Shown: piece by piece, positions 10,201 to 17,737 of the stretch
How positions within the stretch are numbered: position 1 is the first letter of the stretch
How the letters are laid out: each line of letters begins with the position of its first letter
Assembly (NCBI GenBank): GCA_905235345.1
Contig: CAJOLO010000001.1
Location: 1-44,840, forward strand
Direction: 5' to 3'
Source: an uncultured Lachnospiraceae bacterium
Lineage (GTDB): Bacteria > Bacillota > Clostridia > Lachnospirales > Lachnospiraceae
DNA length: 44,840 nt
The notes under the pieces: generated by a model
Told to the model about the DNA's origin: nothing
Databases searched by the model: none
The model's input: only the letters and a program-made list of their open reading frames with translations
Position numbers and translations under genes: made by a program

Positions 10201-10614
10201 AACCCGAGCACGAATACGATTCCGGAGAGTCAGAGTGTTCAGGTAGGAGAAAACAGTTCATATGAAACGAGCACGGGTGCGAATACGATTCCGGGGAATC
10301 AGAGTGTTCAGGTAGGAGGAAACAGTTCATATGAAACAAGCACGGGTACGAATACGATTCCGGAGAATCAGAGTTCACAGGTAGGCGTAAGCAGTACGGT
10401 TGAAAGTGGTGCGAATACGATTCCGGGGAATCAGAGTGTTCAGGTAGGAGGAAACAGTTCATATGAAACAAGTACGGGTACGAATACGATTTCGGAGAAT
10501 CAGAGTGTTCAGGTAGGAGGAAACAGTTCATATGAAACGAACCCGAGCATGAATACGATTCCGGAGAATCAGAGTGTTCAGGTAGGCGATAGCAAAGCGA
10601 ATGACGAGAAATAG
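7204..10614 (+). CDS. VirB6/TrbL-like polytopic T4SS channel protein with a long Lys-rich and tandem-repeat C-terminal tail
   Basis: ORF track 7156. AGGAGA at 7192-7197 favours ATG 7204. There are at least 6 TM helices, including VAPLAIATMPMDDGAKFKQW. It lies between the VirD4 and VirB4 genes, as VirB6-like genes do in Firmicutes systems. Family assignment rests on topology and context. Confidence 0.6.
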   Translation: MNTLFFSMPYLIDIGGAIEDFFQELIENYVFAIFYYIEIAMLYVLKLLEDIMLIFTGEAPVVYNGEENSLLNVFFSHDSVRGVYMGIGMVGIIFAFAFAIVSVIRKMFDSRGKYQSLTLGAILGNLLKSILLIFGMNAILLVSINATNILLQAVNDSFILSNDLVTGAGTPIEFTDEQYAAMGRILNTIGNYSLNPSYRSRYNLNACYNDIRTDLKYLGDQGVFRYHYESYDENDNEIITWQSLMEELGTAYDYNKETTLDTYDDGITNAILDCMEIIKQNPNIRVLKSYQGTTHEYTGRVSLDRIMFLVGTMGTVNTAAARNDAYNRDPNFYDNIRAPFYYGSKDMYSFSQVREVFSVSPLKMNYVIVFISTYEIAMEMMIVIVTCGVRIFNLLALYLVAPLAIATMPMDDGAKFKQWTTAFVVQLLSVLGMVIAIRLFILLLPIIWSPALSVGDAGVALEDWDVSSTEATLNLVNKLLNLLLTMILKIVLTYTAVQAINKVNGIFTGILADNAGMQAITAGDMRKEFAETGVGRFMNAHKPLGGTKQQSQEKRPVNGGGKGGEGSESEAVDKTSKGMQKANANVAKPGGGKDGADKREKDMKMLDAAVKHGQETGRRMDGKKLSKDGKDLAIMKGTLEHMQKDGMNMKDAKAAAEKDYKADKEKKDAENKFHQKELKAGPPDRNKAQKQAAKMKDYDYKAMKRDLAFMKENGYHANGDAIKPGERAQMEETLKAYENQQRGDRGSSSGGSQTGDSTPGSQNSQVGGTTVAGVVGAATKGAEATVNESGSDTGHILENQRSQVDGKESDGSGLQETGANTIPKSQSVQVGGNSSFETSTGANTIPENQSVQVGGNSSFETSTGVNTIPESQSAQVGGNSSFETSTGANTIPENQSAQVGGNSSFETSTGANTIPESQSAQVGGNSSYETSTGANTIPENQSVQVGGNSSYETSTGANTIPENQSVQVGGNSSFETSTGANTIPESQSVQAGENSSYETNPSTNTIPESQSVQVGENSSYETSTGANTIPGNQSVQVGGNSSYETSTGTNTIPENQSSQVGVSSTVESGANTIPGNQSVQVGGNSSYETSTGTNTISENQSVQVGGNSSYETNPSMNTIPENQSVQVGDSKANDEK
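9652..10590 (+). repeat. About 13.5 tandem copies of a 69-bp (23-aa) unit, TGANTIPENQSVQVGGNSSFETS, in frame inside the VirB6-like gene
   Basis: Unit boundaries at 9652 and 9721 were read directly and the copies were counted from the translation. Variants include S/N, F/Y and V/A substitutions. Confidence 0.95.
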
Positions 10615-10665
10615 AGGTAGGCGGCACTATACCGAATAATTTATACAGATAGGCAGGCAGAAGAT

Positions 10666-13600
10666 ATGAGACTAATACCCGGAAAAACAAAGGTTAAAAT
10701 TGAATTATTCAGAGGTGTTACACTCGGTGATGTGGTGGTAGGTCTTCTGGGCTTAATAGCGGTTACACTTTGTGCGATATCCTCTCTGCCGGCAAGATGG
10801 GTGATTGCCGTTATTATTGCAGTGCTCTTTGGTATTCTGGTCGTGAGGTTTGATGATGAGGCTTTATATGTCTTTCTATGGCACATGATAAGATACAGGG
10901 CATATCCGAGAAGATATTCCCGTGTCTATGATGATAAGGCACTTCTTCAGATGTCGAATGAGAATCTTCCGCAGGAATTCTTTGAAAATATGGAAGATGC
11001 GGCGGAGAATGAGGAGGAACTTAGCCCGAAAGAAAAGAAGAAGCAGCTTAAAGCTCTTATCAAGGAAGAGGATAAGGTATTAAAGAGTAAGACTGCTACC
11101 AAGGAGGAGAAGGATGCGGTATGGCTTGCAAGGGCTAACCGTTCCATGGAGAAGAAGAAAGAGAAGAAGGCAACAGCTAATGAGAATGATAGTTTTGAAG
11201 AAATGGTGGATGTTATGCCATTTACCAACATTCGTGACGGATTTATCGAGTATGGCGACAAGTATTACGGCACTGTAATTGAGATAGATCCCGTAGAGTT
11301 CCGCTTTTTCTCGAAACATCGCAGAAATAATGCCATTGAGGCATGCTTCGGCAAGGTGCTAAGAGGCTTACAGGGTGAGTATGGTGCCAACATAGTCAAG
11401 CTGCAGAGGCCTATAGTGTATGACGAATACCTCGACGCAGAGTATGAGAAATTAGAAGCACTCAAACATTCCTACGAAAGTGGAATGTTATCGGAGGAGG
11501 AGCTTCAAGCAAGAGTGGAGATACAGTATGATCGTATCAATGAGGTTCGGTCTCTTTGTGAAGAGGAGAAAGTGATCGAATCCTTTTACTATTTTGTACT
11601 TTTTGAGAGTGACAAGAGACGTCTGGACGTTATGACCCGTCAGGCAATCATGAGCTTAGAACAGGGTGAGCTTACCGTAAGACGGCTTGATACAAGGGAA
11701 CTTGCTATTTTCCTAAAATATTCCAACTGTCTTGATTTTGACGAAAAGGAGATAGATAACATCGATCCTGAGCATTGGGCAGAGTGGGCTATGCCGCAGG
11801 ATATCAAGATAACCATGCGTAAGATAGAGGTTAATAATATTATCACCCACAACTTGAGAGTGATCGATTACCCATCGGTTGTTGGCGACTCTTGGATGGC
11901 GGGTGTGATGTCATTTCCTGCGACCAAGGTGGTTGTTAAGCTGACTCCTATGGATAATGCCAAGTCGATAAAAGCAATTGACCGCTCTCTGGTGGAACTT
12001 AGAGGACAGTACATGAATACAAATGTTGATTCTAAGATGTTGGAACTTTCCGAACACATTGATACACTGTCTTCCCTGCTTGTAACCTTGAAGCAGGATA
12101 ATGAGTCTCTGCTTTCTACCAATATATATGTGACAGCCTATGATGTCGCAAAGACAGGAGAGGATCCGTATCTGTCAGAGAAGCTTGATTCAGAGATTCC
12201 GTCAGTGGCAGATATGAAAAAGACGTTAAAGAGAAGTTATTCTGAGGCAGGCATGCGTATGTCGGGAATGGATTTCATGCAGATTCAGAGCTTCATCGGC
12301 GCACAGGTATCGGCTTATGATCCCCTTCTAAAGGAGGGCAGAGGTATTCCCACCAATACTGTTGCGGGAATGTATCCATGGATATTTGCCCATATATCGG
12401 ATAAGGGCGGTATCAAGTTGGGAGCGGCAGACGGAATTCCGGTATTCATTGATTTCTTTAGACGTGATTCGGAGAGAGTCAATTCCAATATGGTCATTGT
12501 TGGAAAGTCAGGCTCAGGTAAATCTTATGCCACCAAATCACTGCTTTCCAATCTTGCATCAGAGGATGCCAAGATATTCATTCTGGATCCGGAAAATGAG
12601 TATTCGGAACTTGCCCACAATCTTCATGGCAAGGTAATCAATGTAGGGAATGCCAAGTATGGAAGACTGAATCCTTTCCATATCATCACAGCACTTGATG
12701 ATGATGAGGCAGGTGAAGAAGGAGGCGGACCGGGTGGAAGTTATGCTACACACCTTCAGTTCCTTGAGGAGTTCTTCAGACAGATTCTTCCGGATATAGA
12801 TAAGGATGCGTTAGAATATCTCAACTCTCTTATCGAGAGAGTATATCTTAACTTCGGAATCACTCCTGAGACGGATCTGTCAACATTTACTGCTGAAGAT
12901 TATCCGATATTCGATGATCTCTATGATGTGGTGCTTCAGGAATTTGAGAGGACCAATAACGAGTATTTGAGACAGCTACTCCGTTCTCTTGTTAACTATA
13001 TCGCCAAATTCTCTACCGGCGGAAGGAATGCGAATATATGGAACGGACCTTCGACAATTACTACGGATGAGAACTTCTCCGTATTCAACTTCCAGTCTAT
13101 GCTTGCCAACCGCAATACAACGATTGCCAATGCGCAGATGTTACTGGTGCTTAAGTATATAGATAACGAGATCATCAAGAACAGGGACTACAACACACGC
13201 TACGGTCTGAAGCGTAAGGTTGTGGTTGTAATAGATGAGGCACATGTCTTTATTGATAACAAATATCCGGTAGCACTGGATTTCATGTTCCAGCTTGCTA
13301 AACGTATCCGTAAGTATAACGGTATGCAGATCGTTATCACTCAGAATATCAAGGATTTTGTGGGAAGTGAGGAGATTGCAAGAAAGTCTTCCGCTATCAT
13401 CAATGCGTGTCAGTACAGCTTTGTATTCGGTCTTGCTCCGAACGATATGGATGATCTGTGCAAGCTCTATGCTAAGGCAGGAGGAATTAATGAGCAGGAG
13501 CAGGAGGATATACTTGGTGCAAAGCGTGGTCAGGCATTTACCATCATGAGCCCTACATCCCGTTCATCCTTCCAGATTGAGGTTCCATCTTCAATGGTGG

Positions 13601-14820
13601 ATATGTTTGAAAATATGGATTTTGAGAGCAATTATTTTTCAGGCGAAGAGGGCGCAGAGGCGTGGGAGGAATTTGTGGCAGATAGCAGGGCAGCGCATGA
13701 TGATAACCTTCTTGAACGTATGCAGTCCGAGAACAGCGTATCGGAGACTGTAGAGCAGGTAAATACACTTACCTTCTCTGAGATAAGCGAGGAGGAAGCA
13801 GATGCGCTCCTGTCAGAGAATGACAATATCGATACAGCTTCCGAAAAATATCAGAAGAAGTCTGCCATGGAGAAACTTATGGAAGCAGAGAAAGTAGTTG
13901 ACCGTAGGGAATACGAGATGGCAACGGGCAGATTCGGTGGAATCGGGTTCAGCGAAATGACCGAAGAAGAGTATGAGGATACAGACGAAGAGCAGGAGGA
14001 GAGCTATGGCGGAATCGGGTTCAGCGAAATGACCGAAGAAGAGTATGAGGATACAGATGAAGAGCGGGAGGAGAGCTATGGCGGAATCGGGTTCAGCGTG
14101 ATGACCGAAGAAGAGTATGAGGACACAGACGAAGAACAGGATTCTTACCAATATTCGAAAGCTTATATTGAAGATGAATTGAATAAATTCAAAGCTTCCG
14201 TTCGTGAAGAGATGGAGAAGGAGCTTGAAGATAGGATTAAGTGGATATCACTTGGTGCGGGACTTGGTACAACCGGAATGGCAGTGACAGGAGCGGCAGG
14301 TGTGGCAGGCATTGCTGCAGGAGATATTGCGTTTGCCGGTACTAATACAAAAGATGATTATGAGACGGAAGAAGGCTTCGACTCAGAAGAAGATTATAAG
14401 GCGGAAGAAGACGATACCTTGGAAGAATCATACGGTGAAGAATCCGGCTTTGATGAAGATTATGTGGCAAGCGATGATTCCGGCCTTGAAGAGACCTACG
14501 AATCGGAAGAAGAGTATGAGGAAGCTTCAGAATATGATGAAGATGAGACGGCTGCAGCGTATGAGGAAGAGGGTGCTGAATATGAGGAGGATGAATACGA
14601 GGATGAAGAGTTTGAACTTCCTGAAGATGAATTCTTCTTTGACGATGATGACAGTGAATACGAGCCGGCACCATTTGTATTTGCAGATTTGTTAGATTCC
14701 ATGGCTGAGGAATATGCGGACATGAACCTCGATGAGAGAATGGAAGAGCTTGGAGAACCTGTCATGGAGATCACGCTTGAAGAACTGGCAGCTTATGTCA
14801 AGGAAATGAGAAAGAAGTAA
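10666..14820 (+). CDS. virB4: VirB3(PrgI)-like TM domain fused to a VirB4-family ATPase, with a roughly 400-aa acidic C-terminal extension
   Basis: N-terminus LIPGKTKVKIELFRGVTLGD plus 2 TM helices (PrgI/VirB3-like). Walker A VGKSGSGKSY, Walker B VVVVIDEAHVF, and QIVITQNIKDF. At 1384 aa it is much longer than usual for the family. Confidence 0.9.
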   Translation: MRLIPGKTKVKIELFRGVTLGDVVVGLLGLIAVTLCAISSLPARWVIAVIIAVLFGILVVRFDDEALYVFLWHMIRYRAYPRRYSRVYDDKALLQMSNENLPQEFFENMEDAAENEEELSPKEKKKQLKALIKEEDKVLKSKTATKEEKDAVWLARANRSMEKKKEKKATANENDSFEEMVDVMPFTNIRDGFIEYGDKYYGTVIEIDPVEFRFFSKHRRNNAIEACFGKVLRGLQGEYGANIVKLQRPIVYDEYLDAEYEKLEALKHSYESGMLSEEELQARVEIQYDRINEVRSLCEEEKVIESFYYFVLFESDKRRLDVMTRQAIMSLEQGELTVRRLDTRELAIFLKYSNCLDFDEKEIDNIDPEHWAEWAMPQDIKITMRKIEVNNIITHNLRVIDYPSVVGDSWMAGVMSFPATKVVVKLTPMDNAKSIKAIDRSLVELRGQYMNTNVDSKMLELSEHIDTLSSLLVTLKQDNESLLSTNIYVTAYDVAKTGEDPYLSEKLDSEIPSVADMKKTLKRSYSEAGMRMSGMDFMQIQSFIGAQVSAYDPLLKEGRGIPTNTVAGMYPWIFAHISDKGGIKLGAADGIPVFIDFFRRDSERVNSNMVIVGKSGSGKSYATKSLLSNLASEDAKIFILDPENEYSELAHNLHGKVINVGNAKYGRLNPFHIITALDDDEAGEEGGGPGGSYATHLQFLEEFFRQILPDIDKDALEYLNSLIERVYLNFGITPETDLSTFTAEDYPIFDDLYDVVLQEFERTNNEYLRQLLRSLVNYIAKFSTGGRNANIWNGPSTITTDENFSVFNFQSMLANRNTTIANAQMLLVLKYIDNEIIKNRDYNTRYGLKRKVVVVIDEAHVFIDNKYPVALDFMFQLAKRIRKYNGMQIVITQNIKDFVGSEEIARKSSAIINACQYSFVFGLAPNDMDDLCKLYAKAGGINEQEQEDILGAKRGQAFTIMSPTSRSSFQIEVPSSMVDMFENMDFESNYFSGEEGAEAWEEFVADSRAAHDDNLLERMQSENSVSETVEQVNTLTFSEISEEEADALLSENDNIDTASEKYQKKSAMEKLMEAEKVVDRREYEMATGRFGGIGFSEMTEEEYEDTDEEQEESYGGIGFSEMTEEEYEDTDEEREESYGGIGFSVMTEEEYEDTDEEQDSYQYSKAYIEDELNKFKASVREEMEKELEDRIKWISLGAGLGTTGMAVTGAAGVAGIAAGDIAFAGTNTKDDYETEEGFDSEEDYKAEEDDTLEESYGEESGFDEDYVASDDSGLEETYESEEEYEEASEYDEDETAAAYEEEGAEYEEDEYEDEEFELPEDEFFFDDDDSEYEPAPFVFADLLDSMAEEYADMNLDERMEELGEPVMEITLEELAAYVKEMRKK
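13936..14145 (+). repeat. About 2.9 tandem copies of a 72-bp (24-aa) unit, GGIGFSEMTEEEYEDTDEEQEESY, in the VirB4 C-terminal extension
   Basis: Unit starts at 13936, 14008 and 14080 were read directly from the sequence. Confidence 0.9.
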
Positions 14821-14917
14821 ATCTTGCAGGGGCTGATTAGTTGATTGATATTGTATAAAGAAACAAATACTATATAATTAATCTATATTGATTGATGAAT
14901 GGGAAGGAATGAAAAAA

Positions 14918-15220
14918 ATGGATGTAAAATTAGTAAACAGAGGAGAGGACGGAGAGCTTCTTCTGTCGGGAGATTTGGATACCAAGACAGCAAAGGATGC
15001 GGAGGCATTATTCTTACAGATGGCAGACAGATTCACAAATATTACGCTTAACATGAAGGATTTGCAGTATATATCATCGGCAGGTCTGAGAAGTATCCGT
15101 AATCTTTATATGAAGCTTATGAAAAAAGGCGGCAAGCTGATGGTCAGCAATGTGAATGAGAATGTTATGGAAGTCTTCGAGATGACAGGACTGGCAGGCC
15201 TTCTGAATATAAGAGAATAA
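14918..15220 (+). CDS. STAS-domain anti-anti-sigma-type protein (SpoIIAA/RsbV-like), 100 aa
   Basis: ORF track 14888 (TTG). GGGAAGGA at 14901-14908 favours ATG 14918. Pattern LSGDLD..., candidate phosphorylatable Ser in YISSAGLRS, and MEVFEMTGL typical of the STAS fold. Confidence 0.85.
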   Translation: MDVKLVNRGEDGELLLSGDLDTKTAKDAEALFLQMADRFTNITLNMKDLQYISSAGLRSIRNLYMKLMKKGGKLMVSNVNENVMEVFEMTGLAGLLNIRE

Positions 15221-15249
15221 GAAACACTTGCCGCCGATTAAGCTATTGT

Positions 15250-15282
15250 GTTGCACATTTGTAGCGCTTTATATGATATGTT
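15250..15282 (+). promoter_or_regulatory. Motif copy P2: GTTGCAC(15250-15256)-4bp-GTAGCGC(15261-15267)-9bp-TATGTT(15277-15282)
   Basis: Read directly from the sequence. It lies about 155 nt upstream of ATG 15437. Confidence 0.6.
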
Positions 15283-15436
15283 ATATGTATATCTCAGACG
15301 AAGATGTCCCCCGCCTCTAAGCAGAGCGAATGCAGGGGCAACAAACTTTGGAATAACTGACAATTGAAAAAGCAATCGTTAGGATAACCATGGCTGACTA
15401 TGCCATATGTGGTTCCCATGAAAGGAGCTATTCACT

Positions 15437-17623
15437 ATGCACATTAAGAAAATACACCACACAATATATAAGAGGCTTCACGCCCTGGCATTAGCGGGAG
15501 TTATGACACTAACCCTGCTTGCAGAGGCCACGCCGCTGCTTGACGGTATAGCGCCATTTACTTCCGGGACATCAGCTAAGCTTACCGGAATGCCTTCCAA
15601 GGTCTATGCGACCTCATCGGCTGAGGAGACAACTGAGGAAGCAAAGGAGACAACTGAGGAAGCAAAGGAGACAACTGAGGAAGCAAAGGAGAATGTGAAC
15701 TCAGCAGCCACGGTGCTTAAGGATACCCATGGGCGTATCGTGCTTTGGAAATGGGAGAAGGTTACCCAGAGTAATGTAGGCAATCTGATAAATGATGACA
15801 AATTCCACCCCTCAATGCTGGTGCGCATGGATAGCAGTGGCAATTACAAGGGCTTTATCTCCACATTTGCGGATGAGGAGCATGTCTATCGCGGATATGA
15901 CAATGGAAATTATCCCGAGAAGTTTAATAAGCTTGAGCAGTCAAGCAGGGATGCACATGGTTCTAAGGTGGAAAGGGAGATCGGACTGTCATACTGTTAC
16001 AACCAGTATAGTTCATTTTTTATCAAGCTGGATAATCAGGGCAATTCGTTAAATGATGCGGAAGTATTTGGACAGGATGTGTTCTACACCAACGGAAGCA
16101 ATATGGGTGTACCCTATATAAGAGCCAAGCGGATAGGCAACACTCTGAGGACTAAGTTAAAGGATCGTAATACATTCAGAGTTGATGCCAGTATAGTGCT
16201 TGCCAGAGCCTCTGCGGCAAAGGATCCCAATGATGTCTCTTTCTATGAGGTCATGGACGGCACCCTTTCTGATGATGATTACTTTCTGGAAAAATGGTGG
16301 TATGGAAGCGGCGGTGAGAAGAATGAGCCGTATTTATATATAACACCGAAAAGTGGTAAGTATTACACCCCAAACTATGAGTTCTGCCTTCAGCCCTTTG
16401 GAGCGGAGAATGGTGGACGAGGTGATACCTGGGTGATCAAGGCAGACCTGAATGAGGAGGAGGATCCGGGCCTTGACGGACTCGATTATGCCATTGCTGA
16501 TGATTGCCAGGGTAAATATGGTGATCAGATTGATGGTTTTTCCACCACACTTTTGACCAAGGGTGGCTATCTTCTTGCCATGGATGTAAGAAGGGCGGGA
16601 GGTAACGGACCGGTAATATCTGCGAACAGCTATGGAATAGGTTTGTCACCATATTACAGCGGACGTAATATATATGATGTTAAGGTGAGTGGTGCGGAGT
16701 GTCGTTTTACATGGTATGTGGGAACACCCTACACATTTGCTTCTCTTGTGGGACAGGGTGGCGATTCTGAGACGGGTGAACATGGAACCACCATCATCGG
16801 CAAGGGGGAGCTTCTTGAGATCAACAATGCGGAATACATGGATGTGAACAACCGTCTTCAGCGTTCAGACGGTCTGATCCTTCCTGAAAGTGCTAAGATA
16901 ATTATTAATGAGGGCGGCGTGTTGTCCGTTACCACTAACCTGATCAATAACGGTAAGATTATTAACAACGGAGGTACGATAATAATCAAAGAAGGCGGGT
17001 GTATAAGTCCCTTCCTGGATACCAATGAAGGTGTGGTTGAATGCAGAAATGGCGGTAATATCGTTGTCATGCCTGAGGGCAGACTCTTTTGTCTGTCGGA
17101 TATATATATGAAAGATGTTGATCTTACCACACTGGCAACACAAAATGAGTGCAGCTTAAAGCTTACCGGCGGTTCCACCCTCATCAATTACGGTCTGTTC
17201 GCCAACAGCTTCTGCCAGATAGATAAGTCCAGCATAATTGAGAACCGTGGTAAGGGTGTCATTATGGCAGCGGTTAAGCGGAAGAATATCAACAAGCTGC
17301 TGTATAATGCCGAGCTTAAGATAGATGGAGATTATACTACTGTTGAAGGATTAGAGCCCATTGACGGCTATGGGCTGGCGGCTGAGATGACGGATAACTA
17401 TATCATGTTCTATGGTATCACCTGCCCTCAATCCTATAGCGGTACCTTTAGCTCATTGAATTCATACAGTATGGATGATGGCGGAACGATTCGGTGTGAC
17501 AGGACAGCTACCTTTGTAAGGTACATATATTCTGAAAAATACAAACCTGAAAATGATACCGGAAGCCAGAAATGGTACTTTGACGCAGTAAGACTTGTGG
17601 ATGTGGAGGAGCCTGATTACTGA
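15437..17623 (+). CDS. Secreted 728-aa protein with 3x ETTEEAK repeats and a C-terminal Gly/Asn-rich, beta-helix-like repeat region
   Basis: AGGAG RBS at 15423-15427. The N-terminus is a basic n-region followed by a hydrophobic h-region. NEGGVLSV..NNGKIINNGGTIIIKEGG..RNGGNIVV..LTGGSTLINYG resembles parallel beta-helix passenger repeats. Confidence 0.7.
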   Translation: MHIKKIHHTIYKRLHALALAGVMTLTLLAEATPLLDGIAPFTSGTSAKLTGMPSKVYATSSAEETTEEAKETTEEAKETTEEAKENVNSAATVLKDTHGRIVLWKWEKVTQSNVGNLINDDKFHPSMLVRMDSSGNYKGFISTFADEEHVYRGYDNGNYPEKFNKLEQSSRDAHGSKVEREIGLSYCYNQYSSFFIKLDNQGNSLNDAEVFGQDVFYTNGSNMGVPYIRAKRIGNTLRTKLKDRNTFRVDASIVLARASAAKDPNDVSFYEVMDGTLSDDDYFLEKWWYGSGGEKNEPYLYITPKSGKYYTPNYEFCLQPFGAENGGRGDTWVIKADLNEEEDPGLDGLDYAIADDCQGKYGDQIDGFSTTLLTKGGYLLAMDVRRAGGNGPVISANSYGIGLSPYYSGRNIYDVKVSGAECRFTWYVGTPYTFASLVGQGGDSETGEHGTTIIGKGELLEINNAEYMDVNNRLQRSDGLILPESAKIIINEGGVLSVTTNLINNGKIINNGGTIIIKEGGCISPFLDTNEGVVECRNGGNIVVMPEGRLFCLSDIYMKDVDLTTLATQNECSLKLTGGSTLINYGLFANSFCQIDKSSIIENRGKGVIMAAVKRKNINKLLYNAELKIDGDYTTVEGLEPIDGYGLAAEMTDNYIMFYGITCPQSYSGTFSSLNSYSMDDGGTIRCDRTATFVRYIYSEKYKPENDTGSQKWYFDAVRLVDVEEPDY
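15626..15688 (+). repeat. 3 exact tandem copies of the 21-bp unit gagacaactgaggaagcaaag (ETTEEAK)
   Basis: Read directly from the sequence. Confidence 0.95.
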
Positions 17624-17737
17624 TGGGTGGTCAGTAATGTATGCAGGTATAATATGCTGCATTTTACTTCACTTAAATGATAACTTGAAAGCGTATGGAT
17701 ACACGGATCCATGAAATGGGAATGGGGGAATGAAAGT

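Noticed and set aside
9652-10590. A regularly spaced repeat array that could be mistaken for a CRISPR array
   Set aside because: The units are contiguous, with no unique spacers. They are 69 bp long, in frame, and translate into a coherent 23-aa protein repeat. No cas genes or leader are present.
9368-10690. A 440-aa ORF on the minus strand overlapping the end of the VirB6-like gene
   Set aside because: It is the reverse-complement reading of the 69-bp tandem repeats, giving the periodic CFLLPEHSDSPESYSH peptide. It has no RBS and lies entirely inside a well-supported + strand gene. It is a repeat-generated shadow ORF.
3319-14820. Calling the region an integrative conjugative element or conjugative plasmid segment (mobile_element)
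   Set aside because: Only mating-pair-formation-type genes are present. I see no relaxase, oriT-like nick region, integrase, excisionase, replication gene or flanking direct repeats in the window, so a mobile-element call is unsupported here. The flanks are not visible, so mobility cannot be excluded.
17640-17668. ATGCAG...CTGCAT hairpin with TTTT and an embedded TATAAT between the 728-aa gene and the giant gene
   Set aside because: It has a 6-bp AT-rich stem and a 10-nt loop, so stability is marginal. It cannot be distinguished from chance in AT-rich intergenic DNA. It is noted only as a possible weak terminator or internal promoter.
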